A stretch of 32,000 bases of DNA from Trichlorobacter lovleyi SZ (GTDB taxonomy: Bacteria > Desulfobacterota > Desulfuromonadia > Geobacterales > Pseudopelobacteraceae). The notes under the pieces are model-generated. The model saw only the letters and a program-made list of their open reading frames with translations, searched no databases and was not told the origin of the DNA. A program made the translations under genes and the position numbers. Shown piece by piece: positions 16,193 through 25,502 of the stretch (the stretch's first letter is position 1; every line of letters starts with the position of its first letter). Location of the stretch: NCBI RefSeq assembly GCF_000020385.1, contig NC_010814.1, forward strand, positions 120,001 through 152,000, read 5' to 3'.

Positions 16193-17454
16193 GCCACGAT
16201 GAGTACCAGATTCACAAGGCGAAGATTCTGACGCCCTCCTTCTGGGTCTTGCTGACCCTGACCGTGATCGGTTTTGCCCTGATCGGTGTCCGCTTTATCT
16301 GGGGCATCGGTGCCGTCTCCAATATGAGCGACGGCTACCCCTGGGGCATCTGGATCACCTATGACGTGGCCACCGGCACCGCCATTGCCTGCGGCGGCTA
16401 TGCCGTGGCGATCCTGATCTATATCCGCAACAAGATGCACTACCACCCGCTGATCCGTTCGGCAGTGCTGACCTCGCTGTTCGGCTACGGCCTGGCCGGT
16501 TTCTCGGTCATGGTGGATGTGGGCCGTCCCTGGAACGCCTACAACTTCTTCGTGCCGTCACAGTGGCAGGCCAACTCGGCCATGTTCGAGGTGGCGTTGT
16601 GCGTCATGGCCTACACCACCGTGCTGGCGATCGAGTTCCTGCCGGCGGTGCTGACCCGGCTGCAGGAGACCAACTGGAGCCGGGCACGGGCCTTTCTGGA
16701 GAAGTACCATGGCCGTTTCGGCCTGGATACACCGGTGGTGCTGGAGAAGCTGGAGAAGCTGCGTCAGCGGGCTGTCTGGCTGCAGCCCAAGCTGGACAAG
16801 GTGCTGATCTTCGTGATCGTGCTGGGGATCACCCTGCCCACCATGCACCAGTCATCGTTGGGGTCACTGCTGCTGATCGCCTCCACCAAGCTGCATCCGC
16901 TCTGGCACACCGGCTTTCTGCCGCTGCTGTTCCTGATCAACTGCATGTTCATCGGCTACTCCATTGCCATTCTGGAGTCGGTTATCTCCTCATTCGGCTT
17001 CAAGCGCCCCTTCGAGATCGAGCAACTCTCCGGGTTGGCCTCGATCACCCCCTATCTGACCACGATCTGGCTCTGTGTGGTGGTGGGGGACCTGGTCTGG
17101 CGCGGGCAGGTGGCCAATGCCCTGCGGTTTGATTTCTATTCCGCCTTCTTCCTGCTGGAATTCGCGCTGGTGGCCAGCGGCTCACTGCTGCTGTTCTCGA
17201 AGAAACGGCGTCAATCGCCGCGCTGGCTGTTCATTACCGCAGTCCTGATCGTGCTGGGCGGTGCCCTGTACCGCTTCAACGTCTACCTGATCGGCTTCAA
17301 TCCCGGCCAGGGCTGGCGTTACTTCCCGTCCCTGGCAGAGTTGATGATTACGGTCGGGATCGTGGCGTTCGAGATCCTGGGCTATCAGGTGCTGGTCAAG
17401 CTGTTCCCGGTCCTGCCGCGACTGCATGGCCATGAAGTGGTGGAAAAAGCATAA
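16189..17454 (+). CDS. hybB: hydrogenase integral membrane subunit (NrfD/HybB family quinone-interacting anchor)
   Basis: 421 aa, about 10 TM segments. ATGA overlap with hybA. Its position between hybA and the large subunit matches hyb-type operons. Confidence 0.88.
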   Translation: MSHDEYQIHKAKILTPSFWVLLTLTVIGFALIGVRFIWGIGAVSNMSDGYPWGIWITYDVATGTAIACGGYAVAILIYIRNKMHYHPLIRSAVLTSLFGYGLAGFSVMVDVGRPWNAYNFFVPSQWQANSAMFEVALCVMAYTTVLAIEFLPAVLTRLQETNWSRARAFLEKYHGRFGLDTPVVLEKLEKLRQRAVWLQPKLDKVLIFVIVLGITLPTMHQSSLGSLLLIASTKLHPLWHTGFLPLLFLINCMFIGYSIAILESVISSFGFKRPFEIEQLSGLASITPYLTTIWLCVVVGDLVWRGQVANALRFDFYSAFFLLEFALVASGSLLLFSKKRRQSPRWLFITAVLIVLGGALYRFNVYLIGFNPGQGWRYFPSLAELMITVGIVAFEILGYQVLVKLFPVLPRLHGHEVVEKA

Positions 17455-17479
17455 TTTCAATCTATTAAGGAGTTTATAC

Positions 17480-19159
17480 ATGGCACGAATCACGATTGAC
17501 CCGATTACCCGCATTGAAGGACACCTGCGGATCGATGTTGAAGTAACCGGCGGACAGGTCAGTAAGGCCTGGTCATCCGCCCAGATGTGGCGCGGTATTG
17601 AGACCATTCTCAAGGATCGTCCCCCCCAGGATGCCTGGATCTATGCCCAGCGCTTCTGCGGGGTCTGCACCACGGTGCATGCCATCTCCTCGATCCGCTC
17701 CGTGGAGCATGCCCTCAAGGTTGAGGTGCCGCTGAACGCCCAGTACATCCGCAACATCATCATGGCCCAGCATTCCGTGCAGGACCACATCGTCCACTTC
17801 TATCACCTCTCGGCCCTGGACTGGGTGGATATCGTCTCGGCCCTCAAGGCCGACCCCAAGAAGGCCGCCTCGATTGCCCAGTCGGTCTCGGACTGGCCCG
17901 GCAACAGCGAGAAGGAGTTCAGTGATGTCCAGAAACGGCTGAAGGCCTTTGTGGATTCCGGCAAGCTGGGGATCTTTGCCTCCGGCTACTGGGGCCACCC
18001 GGCCATGATCCTGCCGCCGGAGATCAACCTGATTGCCACCGCCCACTACCTGAAGGCGCTGGATTATCAGCAGAAGGCTGCCCAGGCCGTGGCCATTCTG
18101 GGGGGCAAGAACCCGCACATCCAGAACCTCTGCGTGGGTGGTGTGGCAACTGCCCTGAACATGGACAACCTGGCCACCATCAACATGGAGCGGATCGCCT
18201 ACCTGAAGGCGCTGATGACCGAGACCCGCGAGTTTGTCAAAAAGGTCTACTACCCGGATCTGCTGGTGATCGGCAAGGCCTATAAGGACTGGTTCAAGCA
18301 TGGCAAAGGGGTGGTCAACTACCTGGCGGTGCCGGAGTTTGCCGAAGATACCAAGAACACCAGCTTTGCCCTGCCGGGCGGCCTGATTATGGGCGGCGAC
18401 GTGGCCAAGGCCCGCATCATCAGCACCCACCAGGACCAGCAGCTGATCGGCAGCATCAAGGAATCAGTGGCCTGCGCCTGGTATGAAGGCAAGTCCTCCC
18501 TGCACCCCTGGGAAGGTGAGACCAAGCCGGACTACACCGACTTCCAGGAAAACGGCAAGTATTCCTGGTGCAAGGCGCCCCGGATTGACGGCAAGCCGAT
18601 CCAGGTCGGGCCGGTGGCCCAGCTGCTGGCAGGCTACGCTGCCGGTAACCAGCGGGTACGCAAGCTGGTGGACAGCACCTGCAAGGCGGCCGGGGTTGGT
18701 GTGGCTGACCTGCACTCCACCATGGGCCGTCTGGCAGCCCGCGGCATCCGTGCCCACCTGCTGTCTGACCTCTCTCTGGAATATCTGGACAAACTGGTGG
18801 ACAACGTCGGCAAGGGTGACAAGACCTATGCCAACCACACCGAGATCCCCTCCGGCGAGCATCGCGGCGTCGGCTTCCACGAAGCGCCCCGCGGCGTGCT
18901 GTCCCACTGGATGGTGATCAAGAACAAGAAGATCAAGAACTACCAGGCCGTGGTCCCCTCCACCTGGAACGCCTCACCACGGGATGCCGAAGGCAATGCC
19001 GGTCCCTACGAGGCCTCGCTGCTGGGCAACCCGGTGGCCAAACCGGATCAGCCATTGGAGGTACTGCGTACCGTACACTCCTTTGACCCCTGCATCGCCT
19101 GTGCGGTGCATACGATTGATCCGGAAGGGAAAGAGATCACGAAGGTAAAAGTGGTGTAG
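17480..19159 (+). CDS. hybL: [NiFe] hydrogenase large subunit
   Basis: ORF 17426..19159. I moved the start to ATG 17480 (AAGGAG upstream; MARITIDPITRIEGH). N-terminal Ni-Fe ligands RFCGVCTTVH. C-terminal DPCIACAVH followed by a 15-aa extension removed by the maturation protease. The E. coli equivalent is hybC. Confidence 0.95.
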   Translation: MARITIDPITRIEGHLRIDVEVTGGQVSKAWSSAQMWRGIETILKDRPPQDAWIYAQRFCGVCTTVHAISSIRSVEHALKVEVPLNAQYIRNIIMAQHSVQDHIVHFYHLSALDWVDIVSALKADPKKAASIAQSVSDWPGNSEKEFSDVQKRLKAFVDSGKLGIFASGYWGHPAMILPPEINLIATAHYLKALDYQQKAAQAVAILGGKNPHIQNLCVGGVATALNMDNLATINMERIAYLKALMTETREFVKKVYYPDLLVIGKAYKDWFKHGKGVVNYLAVPEFAEDTKNTSFALPGGLIMGGDVAKARIISTHQDQQLIGSIKESVACAWYEGKSSLHPWEGETKPDYTDFQENGKYSWCKAPRIDGKPIQVGPVAQLLAGYAAGNQRVRKLVDSTCKAAGVGVADLHSTMGRLAARGIRAHLLSDLSLEYLDKLVDNVGKGDKTYANHTEIPSGEHRGVGFHEAPRGVLSHWMVIKNKKIKNYQAVVPSTWNASPRDAEGNAGPYEASLLGNPVAKPDQPLEVLRTVHSFDPCIACAVHTIDPEGKEITKVKVV

Positions 19160-19302
19160 CAAGCGTCCACTTTTTCGCAATCTCGGTGTCAGGCTGCGCG
19201 GCGTCTTGTGCGACGTACTTTGTTGTACGCCTCCGCGTCGCCGCTTGCCTTCCTTGACCTTGCAAAAAATTGAACGCTTAAAGGTGAACAGAGGAGTGGT
19301 GT

Positions 19303-19788
19303 ATGAAAGTTCTGATTTTTGGTGCAGGTAATCTGCTGCTGTCCGACGAAGGGTTCGGGGTCCATCTGGTCAAGTATCTGGCCGACAACTACAGCTTTGA
19401 CGACGATGTGGAGCTGTACGACGGTGGTACCCTGGGCTTCATGGCCTCCCACAAGCTGGAGGAGGCCGGCCGGGTCTACATGGTGGATGTGGTCACCACC
19501 CCCGGTGAGCCGGGGGAGCTCTACCGCTTTGAAAAGGATGCCTTTATCGGCCGCACCATCCCGATCAAGATGTCACCCCACCAGCTGGGGATTCAGGAGA
19601 TGCTGCTGCTTTCCGAGATCCGGGGCCGCTGCCCGGACCAGGTCACCCTGTTCGGGGTGGTGCCCAAGAGCTACGAGGCGGGGATTGAGCTTTCACCGGA
19701 GCTGGCAGTACGGTTGCCGCAGCTGGCAGAACTGATGGTTGCCGAGTTGACCGCTGCCGGACATCAGGTGGTGGCGCATCGGGCCTAG
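19303..19788 (+). CDS. hybP: hydrogenase maturation endopeptidase (HybD/HyaD family)
   Basis: 161 aa. MKVLIFGAGNLLLSDEGFGVHLVKYL...MSPHQLG carries the typical Asp/His metal-binding motifs. Confidence 0.9.
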   Translation: MKVLIFGAGNLLLSDEGFGVHLVKYLADNYSFDDDVELYDGGTLGFMASHKLEEAGRVYMVDVVTTPGEPGELYRFEKDAFIGRTIPIKMSPHQLGIQEMLLLSEIRGRCPDQVTLFGVVPKSYEAGIELSPELAVRLPQLAELMVAELTAAGHQVVAHRA

Positions 19789-19814
19789 CACAGATAATAG
19801 AACATCCCACAAAG

Positions 19815-19839
19815 GGAGGGCTTAGGCCCTCCTTTTTTT
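19815..19839 (+). terminator. rho-independent terminator of the hyb operon
   Basis: Stem GGAGGGC (19815-19821) / GCCCTCC (19826-19832), 4-nt loop, then T7 (19833-19839). It begins 27 nt after the hybP stop. Confidence 0.8.
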
Positions 19840-19894
19840 GTGTATGTATACATTTGGCCGGGTTGCAGCGTGGCCCGGTATTTCGGGGAGAGAA

Positions 19895-21496
19895 ATGAGA
19901 GTCAAGACGAAGTTTATCGCCGTCAACTGCCTGATCGTAACCGTGGCACTGATCCTGTCCACTGTTGCCGGCCTGTACAAGTTCAAGCAGGAGATGTACC
20001 GCCAGGCCCAGGTTTCGCAGGAAAGCAGAATCAAGACCTTCTGGGAGCTGCTGCGGGCCAGGGGCAATGAGTTTAGCGTGGTTGACAACAAGCTGCTGGC
20101 CGGCTCGTATGCGCTCAACAACAATGAAGAATTGCCGGACAAATTAAAGGAGCTGTGCGGCGGCACCGCCACCATCTTCATGGGTGACGAGCGCATCTCC
20201 ACCAATATCGTCAAGCCGGACGGCAGCAGGGCCGTAGGCACCAGATTGTCAGGCCCGGCCTATGCAGCGGTACTGCAAAAAGGGGAAAGCTACCGCGGTG
20301 TGGCGGACATCCTCGGCACCCCCTATTTCACCGCCTATGACCCGATCAAGGATCGCAACGGAGCGGTGATCGGCATCGTCTACGTGGGGGTCAAAACCTC
20401 CGAGTTTTATGCCGCCTACCATCACCTCCAGATAGTTGTGGCGGTCATGGCGCTGGTCGTGCTGCTCTGCGCCGCTATTATTTCATGGCTGGTGATTAAC
20501 CGCCTGTTTGAGCCGCTCAACCGGATGCACGACATGCTGAAGGACATGGCCGAGGGGGACGGCGACCTGACCAGACGCCTGACCTACTGCAAGCAGGACG
20601 AGATTGGCGAGATGTCGTTCTCCTTCAACGCCCTCATGGATAAGCTGCACACCATCGTGGTAAAGGTGGCCGAGATTACGACACAGCTGGCCGCAGCCAG
20701 CGCACAGGTCCAGGGAACTGCACAGCAGATCGCCCACGGGACCGGCGACATATCGTCCCAGTCAACCGGCATTGCGACGGCGGTTGAGGAGATGGCAGCC
20801 ACATCCGGCGAAATTGCCAACAACTGCGTCCTGGCGGTGGGTGAGGCCCAGGATACCACCGCCTCAGCCAAGGCCGGTGCAGCGATCGTTGATCAAACCG
20901 TTACGACCATGCACAGCATTGCCGAACGGGTTATGGCAACCTCACAAACCGTCGAGGCCCTGGGGCGGCGTTCCGATCAGATCGGTGAGATCATCAGCAC
21001 CATTGAGGATATTGCCGACCAGACCAACCTGTTGGCGCTTAACGCCGCTATTGAGGCGGCCCGGGCCGGTGAACAGGGCCGCGGCTTTGCGGTCGTGGCC
21101 GACGAGGTGAGGGCACTGGCAGAGCGCACCACCCGCGCGACCCGCTCCATTGGTGAGATGATTTCCAGTATCCAGACCGAAACCGCTCAGGCCGTCACCT
21201 CGATGCAGCAGGGGGTTGGCGAGGTCAAGCTGGGGGTTGATGAAGCTCAACGTTCGGGCGAGGCCCTGCAGACCATCCTGCGTCAAATCGGCGATGTGAG
21301 CGCGCAGTTGCATCAGATCGCCACGGCAGCGGAACAGCAGACCGCCACGACCCATGAAATAAGCGGCAATATGACCCGCATAACCGAGGCGGTGCAAGAG
21401 ACCGCCAGCGGCGCCCATGACTCGGCCAGGGCATCACAGCAGCTCAACACGCTTGCCCATGACTTGAAGGGGGTTGTGGCACAATTCAGGCTCTGA
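19895..21496 (+). CDS. methyl-accepting chemotaxis protein with periplasmic Cache-type sensor, HAMP and MA domains
   Basis: ORF 19838..21496. I moved the start to ATG 19895 ([21 protein letters not shown]). Sensor [10 protein letters not shown]...[23 protein letters not shown]. Signalling hairpin [41 protein letters not shown]. Confidence 0.92.
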   Translation: MRVKTKFIAVNCLIVTVALILSTVAGLYKFKQEMYRQAQVSQESRIKTFWELLRARGNEFSVVDNKLLAGSYALNNNEELPDKLKELCGGTATIFMGDERISTNIVKPDGSRAVGTRLSGPAYAAVLQKGESYRGVADILGTPYFTAYDPIKDRNGAVIGIVYVGVKTSEFYAAYHHLQIVVAVMALVVLLCAAIISWLVINRLFEPLNRMHDMLKDMAEGDGDLTRRLTYCKQDEIGEMSFSFNALMDKLHTIVVKVAEITTQLAAASAQVQGTAQQIAHGTGDISSQSTGIATAVEEMAATSGEIANNCVLAVGEAQDTTASAKAGAAIVDQTVTTMHSIAERVMATSQTVEALGRRSDQIGEIISTIEDIADQTNLLALNAAIEAARAGEQGRGFAVVADEVRALAERTTRATRSIGEMISSIQTETAQAVTSMQQGVGEVKLGVDEAQRSGEALQTILRQIGDVSAQLHQIATAAEQQTATTHEISGNMTRITEAVQETASGAHDSARASQQLNTLAHDLKGVVAQFRL

Positions 21497-21507
21497 CCGC
21501 CAGCTGC

Positions 21508-21546
21508 CTTTGTGCGCTGCCGTACCATGACGTCCAGCGCACAAAG
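21508..21546. terminator. stem-loop between convergent genes (12-bp perfect arms CTTTGTGCGCTG / CAGCGCACAAAG, 15-nt loop)
   Basis: Read directly. It lies between the MCP stop (21496) and the Cys-rich ORF stop (21588). There is no clear T/U tract on either side. Confidence 0.4.
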
Positions 21547-21587
21547 CTCCAACCTGCAGCCTAGCGGAAAAAACGCAGAAACTCTGG

Positions 21588-22325
21588 TTATTGGCGGGAT
21601 TTTTTCAGGTCGTCGTAGCACTTCCAGCGCTTGTAGTTGTTATCGTACTGTTGACTCCAGAAGCAGTCCACGGCCTGCTTGTCTGCCTTCCATTGCGTAT
21701 AACAGGCAAGCCCCTGGGGCTTGGAACACTCTTCCACCAGGGTACAGCCGCAATCCTCCGGTGTCGGACCGCATTGACGCTCAAGGAATGCGGTCACGGT
21801 GTCCTGGCCTTTGGGACAGGTAAAGACCGGGCCGTTTTCCGTGCAGGGGCCGATTGCCACGCCCGGTCCAAAGAGCAGATCTTTACGGGACCAGCAGGCA
21901 GCAGCCTGTTTGCGCACCTTGCACTCTTCCGGCTCAACCGTGCCGGACAGTCCGAACCTGGGTTTGCCGTATTTGGCACAATCCACCATGCTGGTGGTGG
22001 TGCCGATCCGCACTTCGCACTCTTTGGTGCTGCCGCGGCGGCAGCAGACGCTGGCCTTTTCAAACAGACGGCAGCCGCACTTTTGCAGCTCGACCAGATC
22101 GTAGTCCCAGCAGGTTCCCACCGGGGTCAGATATTTTTTCCCATTCAGCTCATTGGTGGGGCGCTGGCCGCCCCGGCTTTTCAGGTCAAGTACGCGGCCT
22201 TTGACATTATTCTGCTGTTCCCAGAGCTGGATGACCTGCGCCTTGCCCGGTTCCGCACCTGCAGGCTGAGCAGCCATACTGACTGCTGCGATGATGCCAC
22301 ATGCCAACACCATTAACGATTTCAT
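21588..22325 (-). CDS. secreted cysteine-rich hypothetical protein (18 Cys after the signal peptide, two CGC motifs, no CxxCH)
   Basis: 245 aa. AGGAGG lies 6 nt upstream of ATG 22325. Signal peptide MKSLMVLACGIIAAVSMAAQPAGA. No family recognised. Confidence 0.65.
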   Translation of the reverse strand: MKSLMVLACGIIAAVSMAAQPAGAEPGKAQVIQLWEQQNNVKGRVLDLKSRGGQRPTNELNGKKYLTPVGTCWDYDLVELQKCGCRLFEKASVCCRRGSTKECEVRIGTTTSMVDCAKYGKPRFGLSGTVEPEECKVRKQAAACWSRKDLLFGPGVAIGPCTENGPVFTCPKGQDTVTAFLERQCGPTPEDCGCTLVEECSKPQGLACYTQWKADKQAVDCFWSQQYDNNYKRWKCYDDLKKSRQ

Positions 22326-22398
22326 AGAGCCTCCTGAAATGTTGATAGGGATGTCTGGATAGTGGTGAAACTATAGCTCAGAATGCAGCAGCCGCAAC

Positions 22399-22432
22399 CT
22401 GCCGCATGAAAGATATACCAGACCTGCGGCAG
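22399..22432 (-). terminator. stem-loop just after the blc stop (8-bp arms CTGCCGCA / TGCGGCAG, 18-nt loop)
   Basis: Read directly. There is no U-tract, so termination is uncertain. Confidence 0.25.
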
Positions 22433-22435
22433 ACG

Positions 22436-22963
22436 TTAGTTGCGTACCACCAGACCAGGGTCAAAGCCCTGCTGCTTGGCCCGCTGCAGGATGGCGGCAT
22501 AGAGGCTGTCGTCCATGCTGCGGGTTCTGCTGAGGATCCAGAAGTATTTGCGGTTGGGGGTGCCGATCACGGCGTACTCGTACTCCCTGCCCAGCTCAAT
22601 AATCCAGTAGTCCCCCCGGAACGGCCAGAAGAAGGAGACCTTCAGCTTCGCATTACTGGCGTTGTCCACCACCCAGGCATGCCCCTTTGCCTGGCGCTGC
22701 CTGCCATCTTCGCTATCCTTGCAGCGGTTCAGCACCTCAATATCGCCGTCATCCCGCAAGGCATAGCTGGCGCTGCTCTCCAGGCAGCCCTTTTGAAACC
22801 AGTTGGGATAACGGGCTATCTCGTACCACTGCCCAAGGTAACGTTTCAGATCAACCTGCTGTACGGTCTGCAAAGGCGGCAGACCGGTGTCGGCCTGGGC
22901 CGTTTGTCTGCCCGGGCAAACAGCGACCAGGGCAAGCAGTGCAAAAATTAGTGTAACTTTCAT
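22436..22963 (-). CDS. blc: bacterial lipocalin (Blc family)
   Basis: ORF 22436..23098. I moved the start to ATG 22963 (MKVTLIFALLALVAV...). DLKRYLGQWYEIARYPNWFQKGC and YWIIELGREYEYAVIGTPNRKYFWILSR match the Blc signature. Confidence 0.88.
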   Translation of the reverse strand: MKVTLIFALLALVAVCPGRQTAQADTGLPPLQTVQQVDLKRYLGQWYEIARYPNWFQKGCLESSASYALRDDGDIEVLNRCKDSEDGRQRQAKGHAWVVDNASNAKLKVSFFWPFRGDYWIIELGREYEYAVIGTPNRKYFWILSRTRSMDDSLYAAILQRAKQQGFDPGLVVRN

Positions 22964-22997
22964 GGTATCCCCTACTTTCTGTTGAACTTCCCGGCAT

Positions 22998-23906
22998 CTA
23001 CCATGCTCCGTCACTCTTGACCTGAGCATGCTGTTCCCTGATAAGCTGCAGAAAAGCATCGCGAGGTGGCGCATCTGTTTTTGCGTGCCAGCAGACAATC
23101 AGCGGAATAGGTTCCAATGCAGGTATGATCGGCACAAAGGCCAATTGATTGCTGCGCAGGTTCTGGACCCCTTCAGGAACGATACTGACACCTTGCTCCG
23201 CTGCCACCATGGTGAGAACTGCTGACATCAGATCAGGACTAGTGCTCACCAGAGGTGAAAAACCTGCTTTTAGACAGGCTGCAATAATATGATCATGCAG
23301 GCCAACAGCCACTGCCCGGTCAAGCAGCACAAATGGTTCCTGGGCAAGCTCGTTAAGGTGAATGCTCTGGCGAGATCCCAATGGATGCGTTTCAGCCATT
23401 ACAGCAAGAAAATGTTCCTGAAACAAGACCTCACCTGCCAGATCCGGGTACCCGGGAGGCAACGGGCGGGTAAAGCCGATATCGATTTCCCCACGGCTGA
23501 ATGCGGCCAATTGCCTGTCCGGTGTCAGTTCGTGCATACGTATGGCCACATTTGGATAGATTGCCCGGTAACGACGAATCAGATCCGGCAGAAAAAGCAT
23601 TGTTGGCGCTGAAAAGAACCCGATGGACAATTGCCCCTCTTGGCCGCGCGACGTACGCAACGCCCTGTCCTTTGCAGCATCCGCTGCAGCCAGAATCGCC
23701 TGAGCCTCGATCAGAAACACCTTGCCGGCAGCAGTCAGCTGGACCGAACGCGTGTTGCGCAACAAAAGCGGCGTACCGATCTCCTGTTCCAGGTCGGCAA
23801 TCTGCGTACTCAGCGCAGGCTGGGCCACCAGCAGTTTTTCAGCAGCCCTTGAAAAGCTGAGTTCCTGGGCCACGTTCACAAAGTAGCGAAGATGTCGTAG
23901 TTCCAT
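22998..23906 (-). CDS. LysR family transcriptional regulator
   Basis: The track start 23912 is a TTG. I prefer ATG 23906 (MELRHLRYFVNVAQELSFSRAAEKLLVAQPALSTQI, the LysR HTH). Divergent from the MFS gene. Confidence 0.9.
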   Translation of the reverse strand: MELRHLRYFVNVAQELSFSRAAEKLLVAQPALSTQIADLEQEIGTPLLLRNTRSVQLTAAGKVFLIEAQAILAAADAAKDRALRTSRGQEGQLSIGFFSAPTMLFLPDLIRRYRAIYPNVAIRMHELTPDRQLAAFSRGEIDIGFTRPLPPGYPDLAGEVLFQEHFLAVMAETHPLGSRQSIHLNELAQEPFVLLDRAVAVGLHDHIIAACLKAGFSPLVSTSPDLMSAVLTMVAAEQGVSIVPEGVQNLRSNQLAFVPIIPALEPIPLIVCWHAKTDAPPRDAFLQLIREQHAQVKSDGAW

Positions 23907-24072
23907 AGGCAATTAATAGCAAATGCGTATAGCTGAAACAATAATTATGTATTTAACAAATAGGCAAAAGTGCCCTAAGATTTGAACCAACAAAGCAGTA
24001 CGCAAACAGTGCCAGCTGAAAACCTCACGCTGGCAGTGCAGATGCACTAATGCACTGCAGGAGACCCTATAC

Positions 24073-25332
24073 ATGAGCAACTCTCTTGAAAACAGCACCG
24101 AGCCAAGCTGCCCGCAACCTTCCGAAAACCAGCTGACAGCTGCACTGGTAGTATTTTTAGCCGCTGGAGGCGGCCTGGCAGTGGCCACCCTGTATTACAG
24201 CCAACCGATGCTGGGGATACTGGGGGTTGCTATCGGCGCCTCTGATCATGCAGTGGGTTTGATACCAACCTTAACGCAACTGGGGTATGCCATGGGGATT
24301 CTGCTGCTCGCCCCGCTTGGAGACCGCTACGACCGGCGGCGGATTATCCTTGTCAAGGCAGCAGTACTGGCACTTGCACTAGTGGCTGCAGCAGTAGCAC
24401 CTTCGATCCTATGCCTGTTGGCAGCCAGCCTGGTGATCGTCCTTTCCGCCACCATGGCACAGGACATCGTACCTTCAGCAGCTCACCTGGCCTCTGACTC
24501 CCAACGGGGCAGGGTTGTCGGCACCGTGATGACCGGGTTGTTGCTTGGCATTGTACTGTCCCGCGTGGTCAGTGGTTACGTGGCAGAGCACTTTGGCTGG
24601 CGCACGGTCTTCTGGGGTGCTAGCGCCAGCATTGTGCTGACTGGCGTGGTGGCATGGCGTCGCCTGCCGCGCTTCAAGCCGACCATGCAGGTACCATACG
24701 CTGAGTTGATGCGATCGCTGGTTCAGTTGTGGAAACGCCATGGCGAGCTGCGTCGAGCAACCTTGGCGCAAGGCCTGCTGGCAGTCGGATTCAGCGCCTT
24801 CTGGTCAACGCTGGCCATAATGCTGCATGCTGCGCCATTCCATCTCGGCAGTCAGGCTGCTGGCGCCTTTGGCCTGGCTGGAGCGGCTGGCGCCTTGGCA
24901 GCCCCCGTTGCCGGGCGTGTTGCCGATCGGCAAGGGCCTGAACAGGTGACCAAACTGTGTGCAGCACTTGTTGCCCTGTCATTTGCTGCCATGTTTTTTC
25001 TGCCGTTTTTGTCTCCCCACGCTCAACTATGGCTGCTTGGGGCCAGTGCGATCGGTTTTGATCTGGGCGTGCAGGGCACCCTGATTGCCCATCAGACCAT
25101 TATTTACAGCATTGATCCCGGTGCACGGAGCCGCCTCAATGCGATCATGTTCGTCGGTCTGTTTATAGGCATGGCCGCTGGTTCGGCGCTGGGCAGCCTG
25201 ATGCAGGCTGCATGGGGATGGATGGCGGTAACGGCACTGGCAACAATTGCGGCGCTGGGAGCATTGGCAACGCGCTTGTGGCCTGCCGGCAGGGTTGCCA
25301 ACAGGTCCGCCCTTGCCACTGAAGAAGCATAA
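24073..25332 (+). CDS. MFS transporter
   Basis: 419 aa, about 12 TM segments. The loop 2-3 motif GDRYDRRR is MFS-typical. AGGAGA RBS. Confidence 0.85.
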   Translation: MSNSLENSTEPSCPQPSENQLTAALVVFLAAGGGLAVATLYYSQPMLGILGVAIGASDHAVGLIPTLTQLGYAMGILLLAPLGDRYDRRRIILVKAAVLALALVAAAVAPSILCLLAASLVIVLSATMAQDIVPSAAHLASDSQRGRVVGTVMTGLLLGIVLSRVVSGYVAEHFGWRTVFWGASASIVLTGVVAWRRLPRFKPTMQVPYAELMRSLVQLWKRHGELRRATLAQGLLAVGFSAFWSTLAIMLHAAPFHLGSQAAGAFGLAGAAGALAAPVAGRVADRQGPEQVTKLCAALVALSFAAMFFLPFLSPHAQLWLLGASAIGFDLGVQGTLIAHQTIIYSIDPGARSRLNAIMFVGLFIGMAAGSALGSLMQAAWGWMAVTALATIAALGALATRLWPAGRVANRSALATEEA

Positions 25333-25502
25333 GCGCAACAGGACTGCAGACAGGCATGCCGCTCAGGTGCTGGCAGCCTCGGCCATCATGGCGGCGGCAT
25401 TACCGTGGCAGGCGGCAGAGGCGATCGGGGGGAGTTGGGGTAACGGGAACGGCGTTGCCCCGTTCATCTTTCGGGGCGCGTCTAACGACGTGGTTATACC
25501 TG

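Noticed and set aside
19084-19110. Possibility of a [NiFeSe] (selenocysteine) large subunit
   Set aside because: The C-terminal motif reads DPCIACAVH with ordinary Cys codons and no in-frame TGA, so this is a standard [NiFe] enzyme.
19863-19885. TGGCC-containing stretches upstream of the MCP gene as a sigma-54 promoter
   Set aside because: The GG-to-GC spacing is wrong: 9 nt in TTGGCCGGGTTGCA, and CG instead of GC in TGGCCCGGTATTTCG.
21591-22316. 241-aa plus-strand ORF mirroring the Cys-rich ORF
   Set aside because: The minus-strand ORF has an AGGAGG RBS and a signal peptide. The plus-strand ORF is Ala/Gly/Leu-rich with no RBS. The strand choice remains less certain than for the other genes.
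22940-22963. Lipoprotein signal (lipobox) in the Blc homologue and in the Cys-rich protein
   Set aside because: VAVC and VLAC do not fit the L-[AS]-[GA]-C lipobox well. In the Cys-rich protein the Cys is only 9 residues from the start. An ordinary Sec signal peptide seems more likely, and I could not decide further without a predictor.
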